Assembly (NCBI GenBank): GCA_049999805.1
Contig: JBNGIO010005968.1
Location: 1 to 49,296, forward strand
From: Folioceros fuciformis
Taxonomy: Eukaryota
Direction: 5' to 3'
Length of the DNA stretch: 49,296 nt
In this document: one piece after another, positions 1 through 13,504 of the stretch
How the letters are laid out: every line of letters begins with the position of its first letter
Position numbering within the stretch: position 1 is the first letter of the stretch
The notes under the pieces: model-generated
Database searches by the model: none
Seen by the model: only the letters and a program-made list of their open reading frames with translations
What the model was told of the DNA's origin: nothing
Position numbers and translations under genes: made by a program

Positions 1-609
1 GAATAGGGCAATGCTAGGAGTAGATCTGTTTTAGGTAGGTAGAGATCTATTCCTACTACCTTTAGGAGATTTTTATTATTATTTTACTCTTTGGGGTAGA
101 CTCTTATGCATAAGTCATAAGAGGTAACATGGATTTAATAATAACACATAATTTGAATTCTCTTAACAAGAGATAAGACTTGATATTTCATCTTGTTATT
201 GAGCATAGAATTAATGAAAACTAACTAAGTATGTTTGAACATTAACTCATGCACCATACAAATTTTAGGAGATAAAGAGTATTAAGTGAATTTAAATAAT
301 TCTTGAGAAGTGACTTGGATACACGATTGGAGCAGCCATCTAGATAATTTTTTGAAGATCTCTAAGATATCTCTCAAAATCCACTCAAACGTTCTATTAA
401 GTATGGAGTAGACCTCTTTTTGTTGGCATTGCAAAGACTAACTTTCGAAGATGATATTGCGTTGGAGTCTGAAAAACAACCAAATACAAGTTGCCTTAAA
501 TAAGTTTAAGGACTTGATACTTATGAGTTATCTCCTTTGCCTCCTATGAGAGTTATAGATTATAAGACATATATTGCCTTCAAGAGCGTCATATATAGAT
601 TGTCGCCTG

Positions 610-641
610 GATGAGCTTTAAGAGCTAGATGAGCTTTAAGA
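610..641. repeat. 14-bp direct repeat GATGAGCTTTAAGA x2 at the edge of an AT-rich block
   Basis: Identical copies at 610-623 and 628-641, separated by GCTA. Confidence 0.8.
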
Positions 642-715
642 ATTGAGAAAACAGAAATGTAACTTGTTGAGCTGGATTCGTCATCCTGTCTTTTTGAAGA
701 ATTCCGCGACAGATT

Positions 716-1345
716 CTAACCACGGTCCTGGAGTGTCGGATGAACAGAGTCTTCACGACACCGTTCGCAACTCAACACAACACCAAAGCCGTGGGGATCA
801 CTTTCGTAGTCCTGACGAACGGCGCCGCGGTCCCCAACAAAGTACCGGTGGAGCACTTCAAAATAGCGTGAAACAGACTTGTTCTCATCAGGATCGCAGT
901 TGGCAGCTTGAATGTGACGCAATGCGTATTGCATCCCGGCACTGAAGCGCATCTCGGCCTGCCTGTATGCGGCTATGCCTGTTGCTGCAGACTGGCAGGC
1001 TTGAGAAGCCCGCCTGCACCCTGGTCCTGCGAATCAGCGATTCATAGCTCACATCATGGCGTAAGCAACTCTGCTGGCTTCAAAGCTGAGATTAAAGTTG
1101 CCAATAGCGTCGTCAAACCGACTTGGCACCATTGGTCAGGATCCACCAACTCCATTGATCATACCTTATCAACCTAATGGCAGTAATCATCAACATCCAC
1201 AGCCCGGGGGTTAACAGGGTTGCGGGTATCGTTCCCATCATGTCACCGTTCGCTGGAGGGACATTGCATACAGGAGGCGAACTCCGGAAGTACTCCGACT
1301 GCGCCCTGAGCACATGCGAGTGCACATACGTCAAGCTCAAGCTCA
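716..1345 (-). pseudogene. Probable degenerate BTB/POZ-domain gene fragment (plant At3g50780-like family)
   Basis: Minus-strand peptides lie in different frames: YVHSHVLRAQSEYFR, then ...SSER* (TGA where family members read SERW), then AEMRFSAGMQYALRHIQAANCDPDENKSVSRYF. These resemble the BTB core and the downstream 'F..G...CL.YLEA.PW..EE..I' segment. Frameshifts and stops separate them. The resemblance is recalled from memory. Confidence 0.35.
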
Positions 1346-1714
1346 ATCTCGCCAAGCCCAGTGCTCCTAGCCCAGTGCAGCGAAGAGCAGGAGTTGCAAG
1401 GCGTGCGTGGAGACGATCGACGGGACGGGTGTTGGACGTTTCGTTTCATGGCTAAGGCAAACGACGAAGAGAAAAGGGAAGTAAACATGTGTGTACTGGT
1501 GGTACTGGCAAAATGGAAATGGTGCGGCAGTCTTGGACGTTTCCTTCCTGCCGTTGTGACATACACAGTGGAGTGGCCGCGTCGGGTTTCTTGGCTTGTG
1601 GTCTTGGAGTGAGCGGGGTGGCATGTGTGCAGATGTGCAGGTAGCAGCCCCGCACCCGACGCAGGGTGCCGGAAGCAGGAGGCTGGCAAGGAGGAGGCAG
1701 AGCGAGCGGGGAGA

Positions 1715-3218
1715 ATGGGAGGCGCCACCGCCCAGTGGCACATGGAGGCGTCCTTGAAAGCGGTGAACGGCAGTCTGATGAAGAGCGTCAAGAGGATGCC
1801 TCACAAGCTAGTGGTGCTGGTGGCCGTGGTGGGCACCAACGTCCTGGCGCTCTACACCATCCTGGGCTACTCCCGCGGCTTCCCGGACGCCGCCAGATCC
1901 GGATCCGGGTCCGGATACATCACCTCGTCCTCCTCCGCATCCGGCCTACCCTTCCTCTCCCTGCCCGCCGGCCACGCGTGCGCCATCACCAACGCGGCGC
2001 TCCTGGCGCAGCTGAACGCCACCAGGGCGGAGCTGCAGCGCGCGCAGCAGGAGCTGGGGCGGGTGCGGGAGCAGGTGGAGCGGCAGGCCGAGCAAGCGCT
2101 CCCGCTGGAGGGCGAGGCGGAGGAGTTCATTACAGCGCGGAAGCTGCCCTTGGGATGGAACCCGTCCCTGGCCACGGACATGTGGAGCGCGACGCTGGGC
2201 CACGGGTGCGTGGCGGGCAGCAAGCAGGCACGACAGGACCTGCTCCAATTCATGACCTACAGCGTGGGCGAGCAGTGCCCCGACGACGAGGAGCTCGCCC
2301 AGCGCCTCCTCCTGGCCGGTTGCGAGCCGCTCCCCCGCCGGCGATGCTTCGCCCGCTCTCCACCCGGCGATGCCTTCCTGGAGCCCCTCCCTCTCCCGGC
2401 TTCGCTTTGGCATGAGGGCCGCCAGCCGGAGGAGGAGGACGGCAGCTACGTCTGGAGCGCATACCAGTGCAAATCCTTCCAGTGTCTCAACGGCCGCGCC
2501 AAGCTCAAGGTCCTTGGCACACTTTTCCCTCCCCTCTCCGTGTCCATGCAAGGCGAAGCAAATGCTAATGCACTCACCCGGATTTGGCGTTGGCGGCATT
2601 GCATTGCAGGTGTTCGCCGACTGCCTGGATTGCTTCGACCTGGGCGGGCGGGAGAGCAAGCGGTGGGTACCGCAGGCCGGCCCCGGGCCCGCCTCGCCGC
2701 TGGACTTCGCGGTGGAGGAGGTGGTGGCGCTCAAGAAGGGGAGCCTACGCATCGGGTTGGACATCGGCGGCGGAACGGGCTCCTTCGCAGTTCGCATGGC
2801 GGAGCAGCGGGTGACCGTGGTCACGTCCACACTCAACCTCGGGGGCCCCTTCAACAACTTCGTGGCGCGGCGGGGGGTGGTGCCGCTCTATATGACGCTG
2901 TCGCAGCGGCTGCCCTTCTGGGACAACACCCTGGACCTGGTGCACTCCATGCACGTGCTCAGCAACTGGATCCCCGACCGCGCATTGCACTTCATCCTCT
3001 TCGACATCGACCGTGTGCTGCGGCCCGGGGGCCTGCTCTGGCTCGACCACTTCTTCTGCCTGCTTCCGCAGCTCAACTCCACCTACCTGCCCATGATCGA
3101 GGGGCTCGGCTACACCAAGCTAAGGTGGGTGGTCGGAGCCAAGCTGGACCGCGGTGCCGACCTTCACGAGATGTACATCTCCGCCTTGTTGGAGAAGCCT
3201 CTGCAAAGACACTTTTAA
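1715..3218 (+). CDS. SAM-dependent methyltransferase, type II membrane (At1g29790-like / Methyltransf_29 related); 2 exons, 1715-2509 and 2610-3218
   Basis: N-terminal TM segment (LVVLVAVVGTNVLALYTIL), CPDD..LAQRLLLAGCEPLPRRRC, SAM motif IGLDIGGGTGSFA, LPFWDNTLDLVHS and DIDRVLRPGGLLWLDHF. A GT..AG intron at 2510-2609 joins the two ORF frames (AKLK|VFADCLDCFDL). Confidence 0.93.
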
Positions 3219-3416
3219 CAAGACAATCCTATCCAACCGCAAACATACATTGCTGTGCTTGGAAAAAAGAATCTTCACCTACATCCACCATAGCAATACA
3301 CGGGATATTCATATACCACCGCGTATGCTATGGTCAGGAATCTACCCACCAGCCTACAGCCGCCACTTTTTTTTTTTTTAACTAAACTATGCATGCCTAT
3401 CTAAATCTACGGATGG

Positions 3417-6400
3417 TTACAACTTTTTCTGGAACCCCCCGTCTTCTCCGTCGCTCTGCTGCGACTCAATGGTTCGCAGCTCCCATCCACCTTCACCGTC
3501 AATCAATCGAAGTTCTGTTGAATGGAATGGTATAAGCGCTGGCCGCTGCACACAGACACACACAGCTTACAGCATCTGTCAACCTCGCCTCAGCATTTCC
3601 ATGGGCATGGGCATCACGAAAGCAAGAGACCAAAAGGAACTCGTCCATCAAACCTGCGAGATCGTAACAACTGTGATCCCAAGGGACTGCGCCACCCTGT
3701 ACAGCGACTCCTCCACATCTACGCTGGTAGCACTGCATAAGGAATACGAGAGAGAATCATGAGCCACCTGCTACACAAGCTGCAATCTGGTCAGACTACA
3801 GCAGACCCACATTGACTTCTTACTTGGTGCACTCGTCCAGGATTCCAAACTTGGGCTGATGGAAGAAAAGCCGGGCCTGCAATCACGACAAATTAGTCAG
3901 CTCCATCACATTTTACCAGACCTTGCTTAATGGGCCAAGCTTGTGAGCATGTGGTTACCATCCCAAGTCGCTGCTGTTCTCCCAGCGACAACATGTCCTC
4001 CCAGTTCGCAACGGTATCCCATCCTCCTTCCCGATCAAGGAGATACACCAGTCTCACGTCTTCCAGAATCCTTCTCAGTTTGTCATCAAGCACGCTCAGA
4101 GCTTCCTTACTGGGCTCTCCTCTTGACGGCCTCATCCCATCATACCTTGCCTCCTCTGAGTATACACATTATAACAAGAGTAACAAATCACGCCAGTGGC
4201 TTGGGTCGTGTTGTGCACCACTTCCAAGGGGTATATGTACCACACCGGACCACTTCAGCAGACGTACACATACCTGATGAAAATTTCTCTGTCTCTGCCT
4301 TGGTAGCAGCATCCGCAAGAGTCAAAGGGTATATGATCTGGTCCCGAAGAGTCCCCAGTGCGGTGTATGGGCGTTGTGGCACATAGAATATCTCCCTGCT
4401 CAGTCCCCTTCTACTGGAATCATCGGCTCCACCGGGTTTCAATATCTGTCCACTTGCGACAGGCCACAGTCCACCGAGCACCCTGAAAAGAGAGCTTTTC
4501 CCACTGCCGTTCGGACCTAATACACAACCACAAACATCAAATTTCAGACACACAAGCCCCATAACCTTCCGACACGAAGAATAATTGGAGCTGGCCTCGG
4601 CAAAGGTGACCAACCTGTGACTAGCATGCTTTCACCTTCGCTAACATCGAATGACAGCTTCCTGGCCAGCAGCTTTTGAGCTGGAGTGACAACATCCACT
4701 CCTTTGAACACGATCTCATCACTTCTGTCAACAAATGAGGACTCTCCACTTGCCACAGCCCCACCAACTTCATGAGGGGGCATAAGTTCTGCCACAATCA
4801 GATCATCAGTTAAGTACTCAACTGCTTTTTCACCGAGAGCATACAGACCACTACCGCTTCCAGCTCACCATGCTGTGCAGCACCCAACAATTCACCAAGT
4901 TCAGACACTCTGCCAATGTGACCAGACAGCTCCAGGAGTTTCCGCTGCATCTCCAAAACGTCACCAAATGCAAGAAAGCTCTGAGACACCACAGACGCAA
5001 GGAACCGAAGATCGTGGGCAAGGTCCCCTGTCAAAAAGCCAGGACGAACCTCATTAGAACGAGGTCTAATCGCTAACCCCTGTACGACAGAGCAGTTAGA
5101 CTATTTTAATCCAACCAATAACAACTTGTTACCTTGCACAGAAGTTAAAGAACGATCTCCATCATGCTCAAGCGCATAAATCAGACTTAGGCCCCATGTC
5201 ACGTTGTGAGGTAGTTGCTTGTTAATAAATTCGTCAGCGATCCCAAACAGCCAGCGTTTCTTCATCAACTTCAAAGAGTGATCTATCAAGGCTTTATAAT
5301 GCTCCTCTATGACCTGCATGTCGTTTTCAACCTTTCAGCATCTCACTACTCTGCAGTATTGTACAACGTGAACAAGTCCTTGCAGACTCTCTCACGAAGC
5401 AATCAATCAGCGGAACTGTACGTCATCAGAAGCAAGGATGGCTCGTTCTTACAGATTGTTCTCGCAAGCCACCACCAAAGAAGGCAATTGATTCGGCGTG
5501 AGTGCGGAGCCTTGAATGCATGTACCTGCAAAGATTTGAAGGACACCAGGTCAATTGAAATCCAATACAGTGCCTCAACAAATTCATGTCAGGTCTATGA
5601 TTGTGATGCAGGTTCACGTTAGACAGCAGAAGAAAAGGTGAAAAGTTCCTAGAAGGCACCTGTACGCCCCTTCCAACTGTTGCTCTTTGCTTGTTAAGGC
5701 TGAAAAATCTGGGGTAATTGTCCGAAGAAATCCCAAGCCCAGCAGCATGTACAGATATAAGATGCCCACACCTCGTGCACCAGTAAGGGCTTTCATGCGC
5801 ATCGTGAACCTACCACAGTTGAGGGCACTGTCAGCTGAGATAGACTAGGAAATGGTCTAACTACAATAAAAAGGGCATCAACAATGCCTGATACATACGA
5901 TCAACCACCAGACAAATGCAGCAATGGAATCAGGATAGACCGGTCCTGACGTACCACAAGATGTCCACCAAAGGTTTCACCATTCCGGTTACAAGTCCAG
6001 AAAGATCACCGCAGAGCCTCTCCACATCTTGCGTGATCCGCTGATCAACATCCATGCCACTGTCGGACAAGTGCACAGCCTGAAAAGACAAAGCAGTTAT
6101 GTAACATACCATACCACAAATGATGCAATGACGATAACACAGTTCAGTACTGAACGGAGTGACAACCTTATAGAAAGCATTGTTTCGGAAATACAGATTA
6201 GAAAGATGGGCTGTGAGAGCGCTTCTCCAGTTAAGTGCAAGCTTTGCTGTCAAGTTCCTGAAACAAACAATGACCGCCACCATCAGACCCAGAATATTCA
6301 ATAAGTTAACTTGCATTTGCAATCATACAACACTCTTAGCACAGAAGCCTTTTCACTTGTCTCGATAACAGTGTCAATGCGTTCCAGCTCAACCTGAGAG

Positions 6401-9400
6401 ACGGAGCCACAATAGCTGAAGCTGCACTTTGAAAGACACTGACACCCGTGGAATGAACAAAAGCTTCCTTGTCTTGGCTCATAACGTGCTTTACAAGTGT
6501 ACCTGTGCCACAGAAGAGAATCAGGGAACATCACACTTTGACGACCAGAAGACAGGTAGGCAGTGCTTTGAGAGCAAACATACCATTCAGATCAGCAATG
6601 CGGTCAGAGATGTATGTTCGGGACCCAACCAACAATGCAACAGCTAGAAGAGTTACACCCTGTTTGCTTGCAAGGCTTGGTACCTGAATCCAGTTATTAG
6701 CCTATGAGATCATGCAAGGGAATGTTAGCCAAAATAAGCCAAAAGAAGTGTAGTTGATACCAGAATTTTGCGCAAGTTAGCCACTCTAACGCTTGTGCTT
6801 TGGGGTACAGTCTGCAGTCGAGGTACTTGAGGTACAGGTGCATTAACATCTACTGGGGGCGATCTAGCCAATATTGAACGGACGTAAGACTCTAGTCCCT
6901 TGGAGCTTTGACCATCAACGTCCTGAAAACAACCCACATTGTCATGTCCGCATAGATGACAAAATGCAGCACTCGACATATGCTTTGTCAATGCCATAAT
7001 CCCAAACCTCCACATACCTTTTCCTGCACTGCCGAAAAATGCCTCTTTACAGTGAGAGCATCCTGTGACCGCTCGCTATGAACCTCACCATCCCTCACAT
7101 CCACAGGGAGTGCATCAGAAGTACGATCCCTGCCATACGTTGAAAAAAAGTTACACCAACTGCTTCTCGGGCAAGACAAGCTATAATGTAACACTGCCAA
7201 ATGCCTCAGCAAACGTCACCTTTTGTAATGCACACTCCAGCCGCCCTCACCATCCAGAGAGAGCACTGTATCATGAAAAGCTACAAGGGCGGGTCGGTGA
7301 GAGATTGTAACACATGAAGTGCCCATAGCACGAACTTGAGCACAAAATCGTTCTTCCATGTCAGTGGTCACTGCACTTGTGCACTCGTCAAGAATAGCAA
7401 AAGCTGGCTTGTGATAGAACAGTCGAGCCATTCCTAATCGCTGTTGTTCTCCTAGAGACAAATTGTCTCCCCAGTTAACTATTTCGTCAGGAGGATACCT
7501 GTCGAGCAGGTATTCCAGATCCACCTGTGGGCATGGGAATGTGTCAAAACCCTCCAACTTGATTGCAATGAATGCTGATACCAAGCAGGCCCATGTCTGA
7601 TTACGGAATGCAAACAGGTGTATGTGACAGCGTGAACAGAGATTACATTTCTGAGTAAGGCACGCATGCCTTCTACTGAAAGCGGCTCCACTTCCTCGGC
7701 CGCAGTCAAGGGATAAATAAGTTGGTCCCTCAGAGTTCCAACAGCCATATACGGTCGTTGTGGCACATAGAATATCTCATGACATAGGTCTGACCCAACT
7801 CCAGGCTTGGTGATGCGACCAGCAACCAATGGCCAGAGGCCACCTAAAACCCGAAACAAGGAGCTCTTTCCGCTTCCATTTGGACCTGGATATCATGCTT
7901 TATCAGATAAAGCTACAATGAAAAACTATTGGGCAGACAAAGCAGCCCTGCACAGCTAGCATAATTACCAGTGATAAGAAGATTGGTGCCCGGTTCAACC
8001 CTCAGTGTCAAGTCTTCCACAAGAGTTGCACCTGTAGGAGTGACCACCTGCATCCCAAACAGGGGCACACATTCTAAACAAACCGTTCAAGAGACAGACT
8101 CCTGATTCCAGGATCTCAAAGTGTTTGCTGCACATCATACCTTCACCCCCTCAAACTCGATGACTTTTCCCTCCCTAATCTGCCCAATACCGCTACTTAC
8201 TGAACCATTGCTGTCACCAGCAATGCGGAGCTCATGTGCAACTGCCAAAAGCTCTTGGATACGATCGGCATATCCACTGCAGAGAAACAACAATCAGAAA
8301 ACTGTAACATTTGTAAACAATCATCATTATGTAGGCCGAAAGCAATGCAGTCATGGGAAGTTCTCGACCTGAGGCGTTGAAGCTTTCGAGTAGAGCTAGC
8401 TAGAGAACCTAAAGACTGGAACATGGATATGATGACACTCGTATGGTAGCGCATATTGCTGAGCATTTTAGCTCTGCCCAGAGTTGTGTTGTCAGGTTTT
8501 AGGTCTCCAGAGAAGAAAGGATGAATGATCAATACAGCTCCAAAAGTTGTCCCCAAATACTTCAAGAAAAAGTCCTGGATGATCCCAAACCACCACTGTG
8601 TGAACAGAACACGATCCAAGTGTCTCACAAGTTTCCTAAAGTGCTGGCGAATGATGGATCCTTCCCTGTCCTGCCCACCGTAGAACGCTATGCTTTCTGA
8701 CTGCGTTCTAACTCTTGAGTGCTTCTGCCTGTATTCCCCTTCCAGCTGCTGTTCCGTCGAGGTAAGCTTGCCAAATGGAGGTGATATAGAAGCGGTGAAG
8801 CTACCCACCCCAACAACATAGGCCTGAAAACAAGAGTCGTGGCAAATGAAATATGTCAGCAGTCACCAACGGTTGCCTGCAGTGTGTACTGAAAGAAAAT
8901 GTTCTTCATCTCAATAGAGGCGTACCAGAATTCCTAAGGCATACTTTGGGCTGGCATAAGTACAAAGGCGCCACGTATACAGAAGTCCTTCAAACGTTGC
9001 TGTCAAGTTTTCTTGCACAATTTCACATAGCTCGTGACAGAACTTCGGTATATCACTGACAATGATTTGCTCTGGGCTACCAATACGGCGGTCCACATGT
9101 GACATCTTGTAGTAAGTCATATTCTGCAACGACCATGAGCAAGGAGGAAACCGTTCAGCACCCGGAAACAAAAAGACACAGCCGATAGGCAGCCTCGAGC
9201 AAAACACTTGGACATGGGACAAAGAGTTCCTTCCTGAAGCACATCACCTGAAAATAATCATTATGTATCTTCTTTGTGAGTATCTGGCAGCATCTCAGAC
9301 TGAGCAAGCCGGACAGGTACTTGGCCGTAGATATGAAGGATGACTGAAGAAGACAAAGGATGAGATTTTCTACAATGAGCCGCATAAAAAGCGGTACTCG

Positions 9401-9836
9401 TCTGAGGAAAGCAGCTCTGAAGAGAAAGGCTTGCACTTTCGCCAACCTGTTGCTCAAACCAGTTCGCAGAATCTGTAACGACAACCGTTCAAAACTCACT
9501 CAGCAGCTGATTCCAGATCCCTGTTCTTCTCACAAACAAGAGGGAGGAGGACGCGAACTACTCACAGCAATGCCTGCTAATGCCACAAAATTTGCCATGC
9601 CTTTATTCCCCATCTCAACACGCAAGATGTCAGCCAGCACTTTCACGTTCTTCAATCCGGCTCTCTTTCGTTTGCCTTCCGCAGGTCCACGACTCGAGCC
9701 CGTCGCCCTTTCACTCGATTCGGCTTCATCCGTCCCAGAACCCCGAGGTCCACGTGACTTCTTACTAGCGCTCAAACGGCTATACGCTACCCCGCATCCC
9801 AGAACAAGCGCTGTTGTTGCATACACTACAGCTCGT
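3417..9836 (-). CDS. ABCD1: Full-size peroxisomal ABC transporter subfamily D (COMATOSE/PXA1/PED3 ortholog), multi-exon; first exon unresolved near the gap at 9931-10030
   Basis: Two TMD-NBD halves. EAA-like motifs [10 protein letters not shown] and [10 protein letters not shown]; two Walker [20 protein letters not shown]; signature [15 protein letters not shown]; Walker [15 protein letters not shown] and TISQRPAL. Last exon ends ...GGFQKKL* (TAA 3417-3419). The introns I checked are GT-AG. Confidence 0.96.
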
Positions 9837-9930
9837 CTGCGAAACCAGACACAACCGACAATAAGAAAAAACCCGAGAGCAACGGGACCGGACGAATTCC
9901 AACACAAACCCACACCTCCTCTTCCCTAAC

Positions 9931-10030
9931 NNNNNNNNNNNNNNNNNNNNNNNNNNNNNNNNNNNNNNNNNNNNNNNNNNNNNNNNNNNNNNNNNNNNNN
10001 NNNNNNNNNNNNNNNNNNNNNNNNNNNNNN
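9931..10030. other. Assembly gap (100 N)
   Basis: Run of N. Confidence 1.
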
Positions 10031-11190
10031 AGTCCTCAATTGCGACGTCGCCATTCCGCCAACTGCACAAGAAAGATGAAACAAAACAGACGAATTTCAT
10101 GAACAACATTCCTCCTCCCTTCCCACAAAGGGTACGCCCCGTCCCATTCTAGTCCATCACCAGGACCACTGCATCGAGAAACCTGCTAGAAGCCTAACTT
10201 GGACATATTGTTACAGCGAGAAACCGAAACATCTCCTGCACACGCAACCCCTGCTCTCTCCCGCACCCGCGGGCCAGCAATTCGGATCCAAGGCACGCAT
10301 TCCCGAAATGGAGAGCTCAATTCACAATCCAAATCACGGAGCTGAGCACTGGACACCACGGATGGAACAACCTACATGGCACCAGAGTGAGCTGAAGCCG
10401 AGCTGTGTTCTTCCGCAAATTCCAATCAACCCCGCAGCGAATTACAGATGCGCCGGCGGATCCAGCGCCACGGAATGAATGAGAATTCCCCGCCTCCCCG
10501 CCTGCTCCCGTGCATCTGCGGCAGCTGAGGCACACAGAGCCGCGGATCTGAGCGGGGAGGGAAGCAGGGATGCCGACGCCTTCAGGCAGGCCCGCTGTGC
10601 TGCGCGGGGATCTGAGCAGCACCGAGAGCGTAAACAACGGCGAGAGAGTCTAAGGTACTGCCGGCAGCAGCCCACGCTGGCGCGTGCCTCCAGTCACGGC
10701 ATCTTTTCGGCGAATCGCAGCGCCAAACAAAAGCTTCGCTCCGCTTCGCTCACGGCGAGTTATTGCCGAGGTGTGAGTCTCTGGTACCTTGCCAACTTTC
10801 ATTTCTCCCTGCCCGGACCGGATTCCTGTTGCTTTCCCACATGTCCCTACTAGTGGCTCAGTCCAAGCCTTTTCTGGGCCTCGTCCAGGAGCACTTGCAG
10901 CAGACGATAAGGATTGTTGTGGTGTTGGTGCAGGATTTGTTGAGCGTGGCCGTATAATTGTTGCAGTCAGGTTCAAGGAGGAGAAAAATGTCACGCAACG
11001 GACACCATCAGGACACAGGCTCCACACAGTACACACGAGTATCTAAAGGCAAGATCCCCGAACCACCCAGGGCCCTCACGAGGCCCTGAATACGACAGAG
11101 AAGGCTTAACGACCCCGCAGATGCTGCCTGATAGGGACGACCTGCGGGTTACGATGTGGGAGAGGAGGGGGGACGAGGGACGAGAGGAGT

Positions 11191-13468
11191 TCATTTCACA
11201 AGAGCGTGGATGTAGTCCTTGAAGTGGAACGCCTGCTGCGTGTAGGACGCCAGCGCCTTGGAGAGCACAAAGCTGGCCAGTGCAATCCCCGCCAGGACCA
11301 CACCGAAGCTTCTCCCTACCACCAGCCCCGGGCTCAGGGCGGAGGCTGCCAGGAACGCCACCAACGCATACGCCACGAACTGCAGTGCCGTCTGAGCGGC
11401 CTGGAAAAATCCCAGGGCGGCACGACAGTGCGGGCACTTCTCGACATGCAGAGCGTACCTGCGCAGAGCACGGGCATGACATGAGCGTGATGTGCATGAC
11501 AGCCCTAATCAACATCGACAGGCGAGGGACATGACGCGGTGAAAGGAGACCTGTCCAGCAGCTGCCTTCGGGAGGGCGGGTTGGCCTCCGGGCTTGCAGC
11601 CCTGGCATGGCCGGAAAAGTCCACTGCGCTGCCGCTGAACTTGTGGAACCACTTCCTGAAGGCTATCACGCATGCGTCTGCCGTAGTGGGGACGTAGCAG
11701 AGCTTGAACCAGCGCTCGTTCCCGCCAAGCCGCTCGAACTTGTGCTCCTGCATGACGTGGAGGTGGTTTTTACAGGCCGAGAAAGTGACTACCCCGCATG
11801 AATCGAGATGGGCAACCCAGCACAAACTTACCATGGAACGCAGAAGCCCGAGGTCCGACACCAGCACAAGCATGTTGGTCTGGTGGGCGATCCAGCGCGG
11901 AGTCAGCTGGTACACTATCTTTGCGAAGTTCCGAGGAAAGGCCCAGAAGAGCTTGCTCTTCCCTGGAGCCACAGGGACGCAGAAGAAGAAGAGAGTGACT
12001 CGCCTGACCTTGGCAGGCTTCATCTCGTCCCGTGGTAAGGGTAAGATTCTCTTCACCCATTCCGACCTACTCCAACCAAGCAAAACGCCCAGGTCAGTCA
12101 CAGGAAAGCACGCTGCTGTGGTGTGCACCACGAAATCTCAGAAATCCACACCACCGAGGCCTGGGGAACGACAAACCTTGCCCTTTCGGGCTGAGGTGGT
12201 AAAGTGAACCTCAGAGTGGCAAGCAGCGGAGCCTCAAAAGCCACTGGACCCCGATTCGTGGCTTCCCCAACAAACCCCGTCTTGCTGATTTCCTTCACTC
12301 GCAAGTCGTACGGCCGGGCTTGATTCCGGTTCCCCTGTCACCACTAACCCTCAGTGCCACCATACCCACAAACAAAACACACACAAAGATCTTCCAGACA
12401 CCACATCTGCCCACGTTACCTGTATCTTGTGATGCGCAAAGGGAACATGACACGGATCCAGGAAGTTCTCGATCAAGGTCTCGTACCTGCAAAAAAGGCA
12501 GGAGCGTCATGTCATGTCACTACCGAGCCGGGCGTCCCTTCCACCTGCCACCCACCTTGCTTACGAGTAAGGCAGCTCCGCCATGGCCAGGTCGGAGAAG
12601 AAATCCGGGTCAGTCAACTCCGGGTGCGAAGGAGGCGGGCTGGCGGTAGCCCGCTGGTGCGCGCCCTGGGAGCTGTCCGGCCATACCCAAATCATGCGCT
12701 GGTGCAGCGTGCTGGGGAACACGACGGCGCACGCCCGCTTCGACAGGTGACACTGCGGCCATCCGAACCCAACAAAACCCACCACTAGAATCAGCCCTTC
12801 GAGCCCATGCCATTGCAAGCCCGCAGGCTCCGGGTGCATTCCGGCGTGAACACGGCACGTACAGGGGGCCCGTCCGCGGGAGCCTGGGGAATGGAGGAGC
12901 AGGCGCCGGTGGCCGGCGCGAACGTCCACCCGTGGTACGAGCACTGCAGATGCCCCGTCTCCGCCACCCTGCCCTCCGAGAGGGGCGCCAGCCGGTGCGG
13001 GCACCGGTCCTCGAACACCTGCCATGCCGCCCCCTTGGGATCCCACCACACCACCATATCACGCCCCAGCACTGTGGCCGGGTGCGGCACCCTCTTGTCC
13101 AGGTGCTCCGCGATGAAAACCGGGTACCACTGCGACCTCCACTCGAACCTCTCCCCACCGGCTGCCCATTTCGATTCCGACTCCGGCTCCGACTCCGCCA
13201 CTTCCTGCACTGTCTCTGCAGGCGCAGCCACTGCCGCAACCCGCAAGGCCTTGCCTCCCCTCGACCTGCCCTTCCCGGGCCGAGAAGGCAGCGGCAACCT
13301 GATGTCACGTGACTCCCAAACCCGGCTCACGCGACCGCCTGCCACGCACGTGAGCGCAGGCCGGATGAAGCCGGCGCGGTTGCAGATGGTTGCAGCAGCA
13401 GGAGGATCGACGGCCAGGCGCTGCCCCGGGGGCGCGGAGATTCCACACGGGTGCAAGATATAAGCCAT
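11191..13468 (-). CDS. PTC52: Plastid Rieske-type oxygenase, PTC52/ACD1-like (PAO family), multi-exon
   Basis: Transit-peptide-like N-terminus; WYPV..LDKRVPH; Rieske [11 protein letters not shown]...[16 protein letters not shown]; mononuclear Fe motif [14 protein letters not shown]-terminal HVEKCPHC (CxxC) plus TM helices; ends [12 protein letters not shown]. Confidence 0.9.
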
Positions 13469-13504
13469 AGTGCAGTGTGCGGAAGTGGTGAGCGGAGAAG
13501 GAAT

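Noticed and set aside
1-640. AT-rich block that could be a TE remnant
   Set aside because: No recognisable TE protein, LTR or TIR, and it is truncated by the window edge.
1867-3082. Long antisense ORFs over the methyltransferase (and similarly over PTC52 and GH28)
   Set aside because: These are expected shadows of high GC3 codon usage with no independent coding signal.
1625-3385. 586-aa ORF from the ORF track
   Set aside because: It is an artefact of reading through the 100-nt intron into a GC-rich alternative frame. The conserved protein switches frame at the intron.
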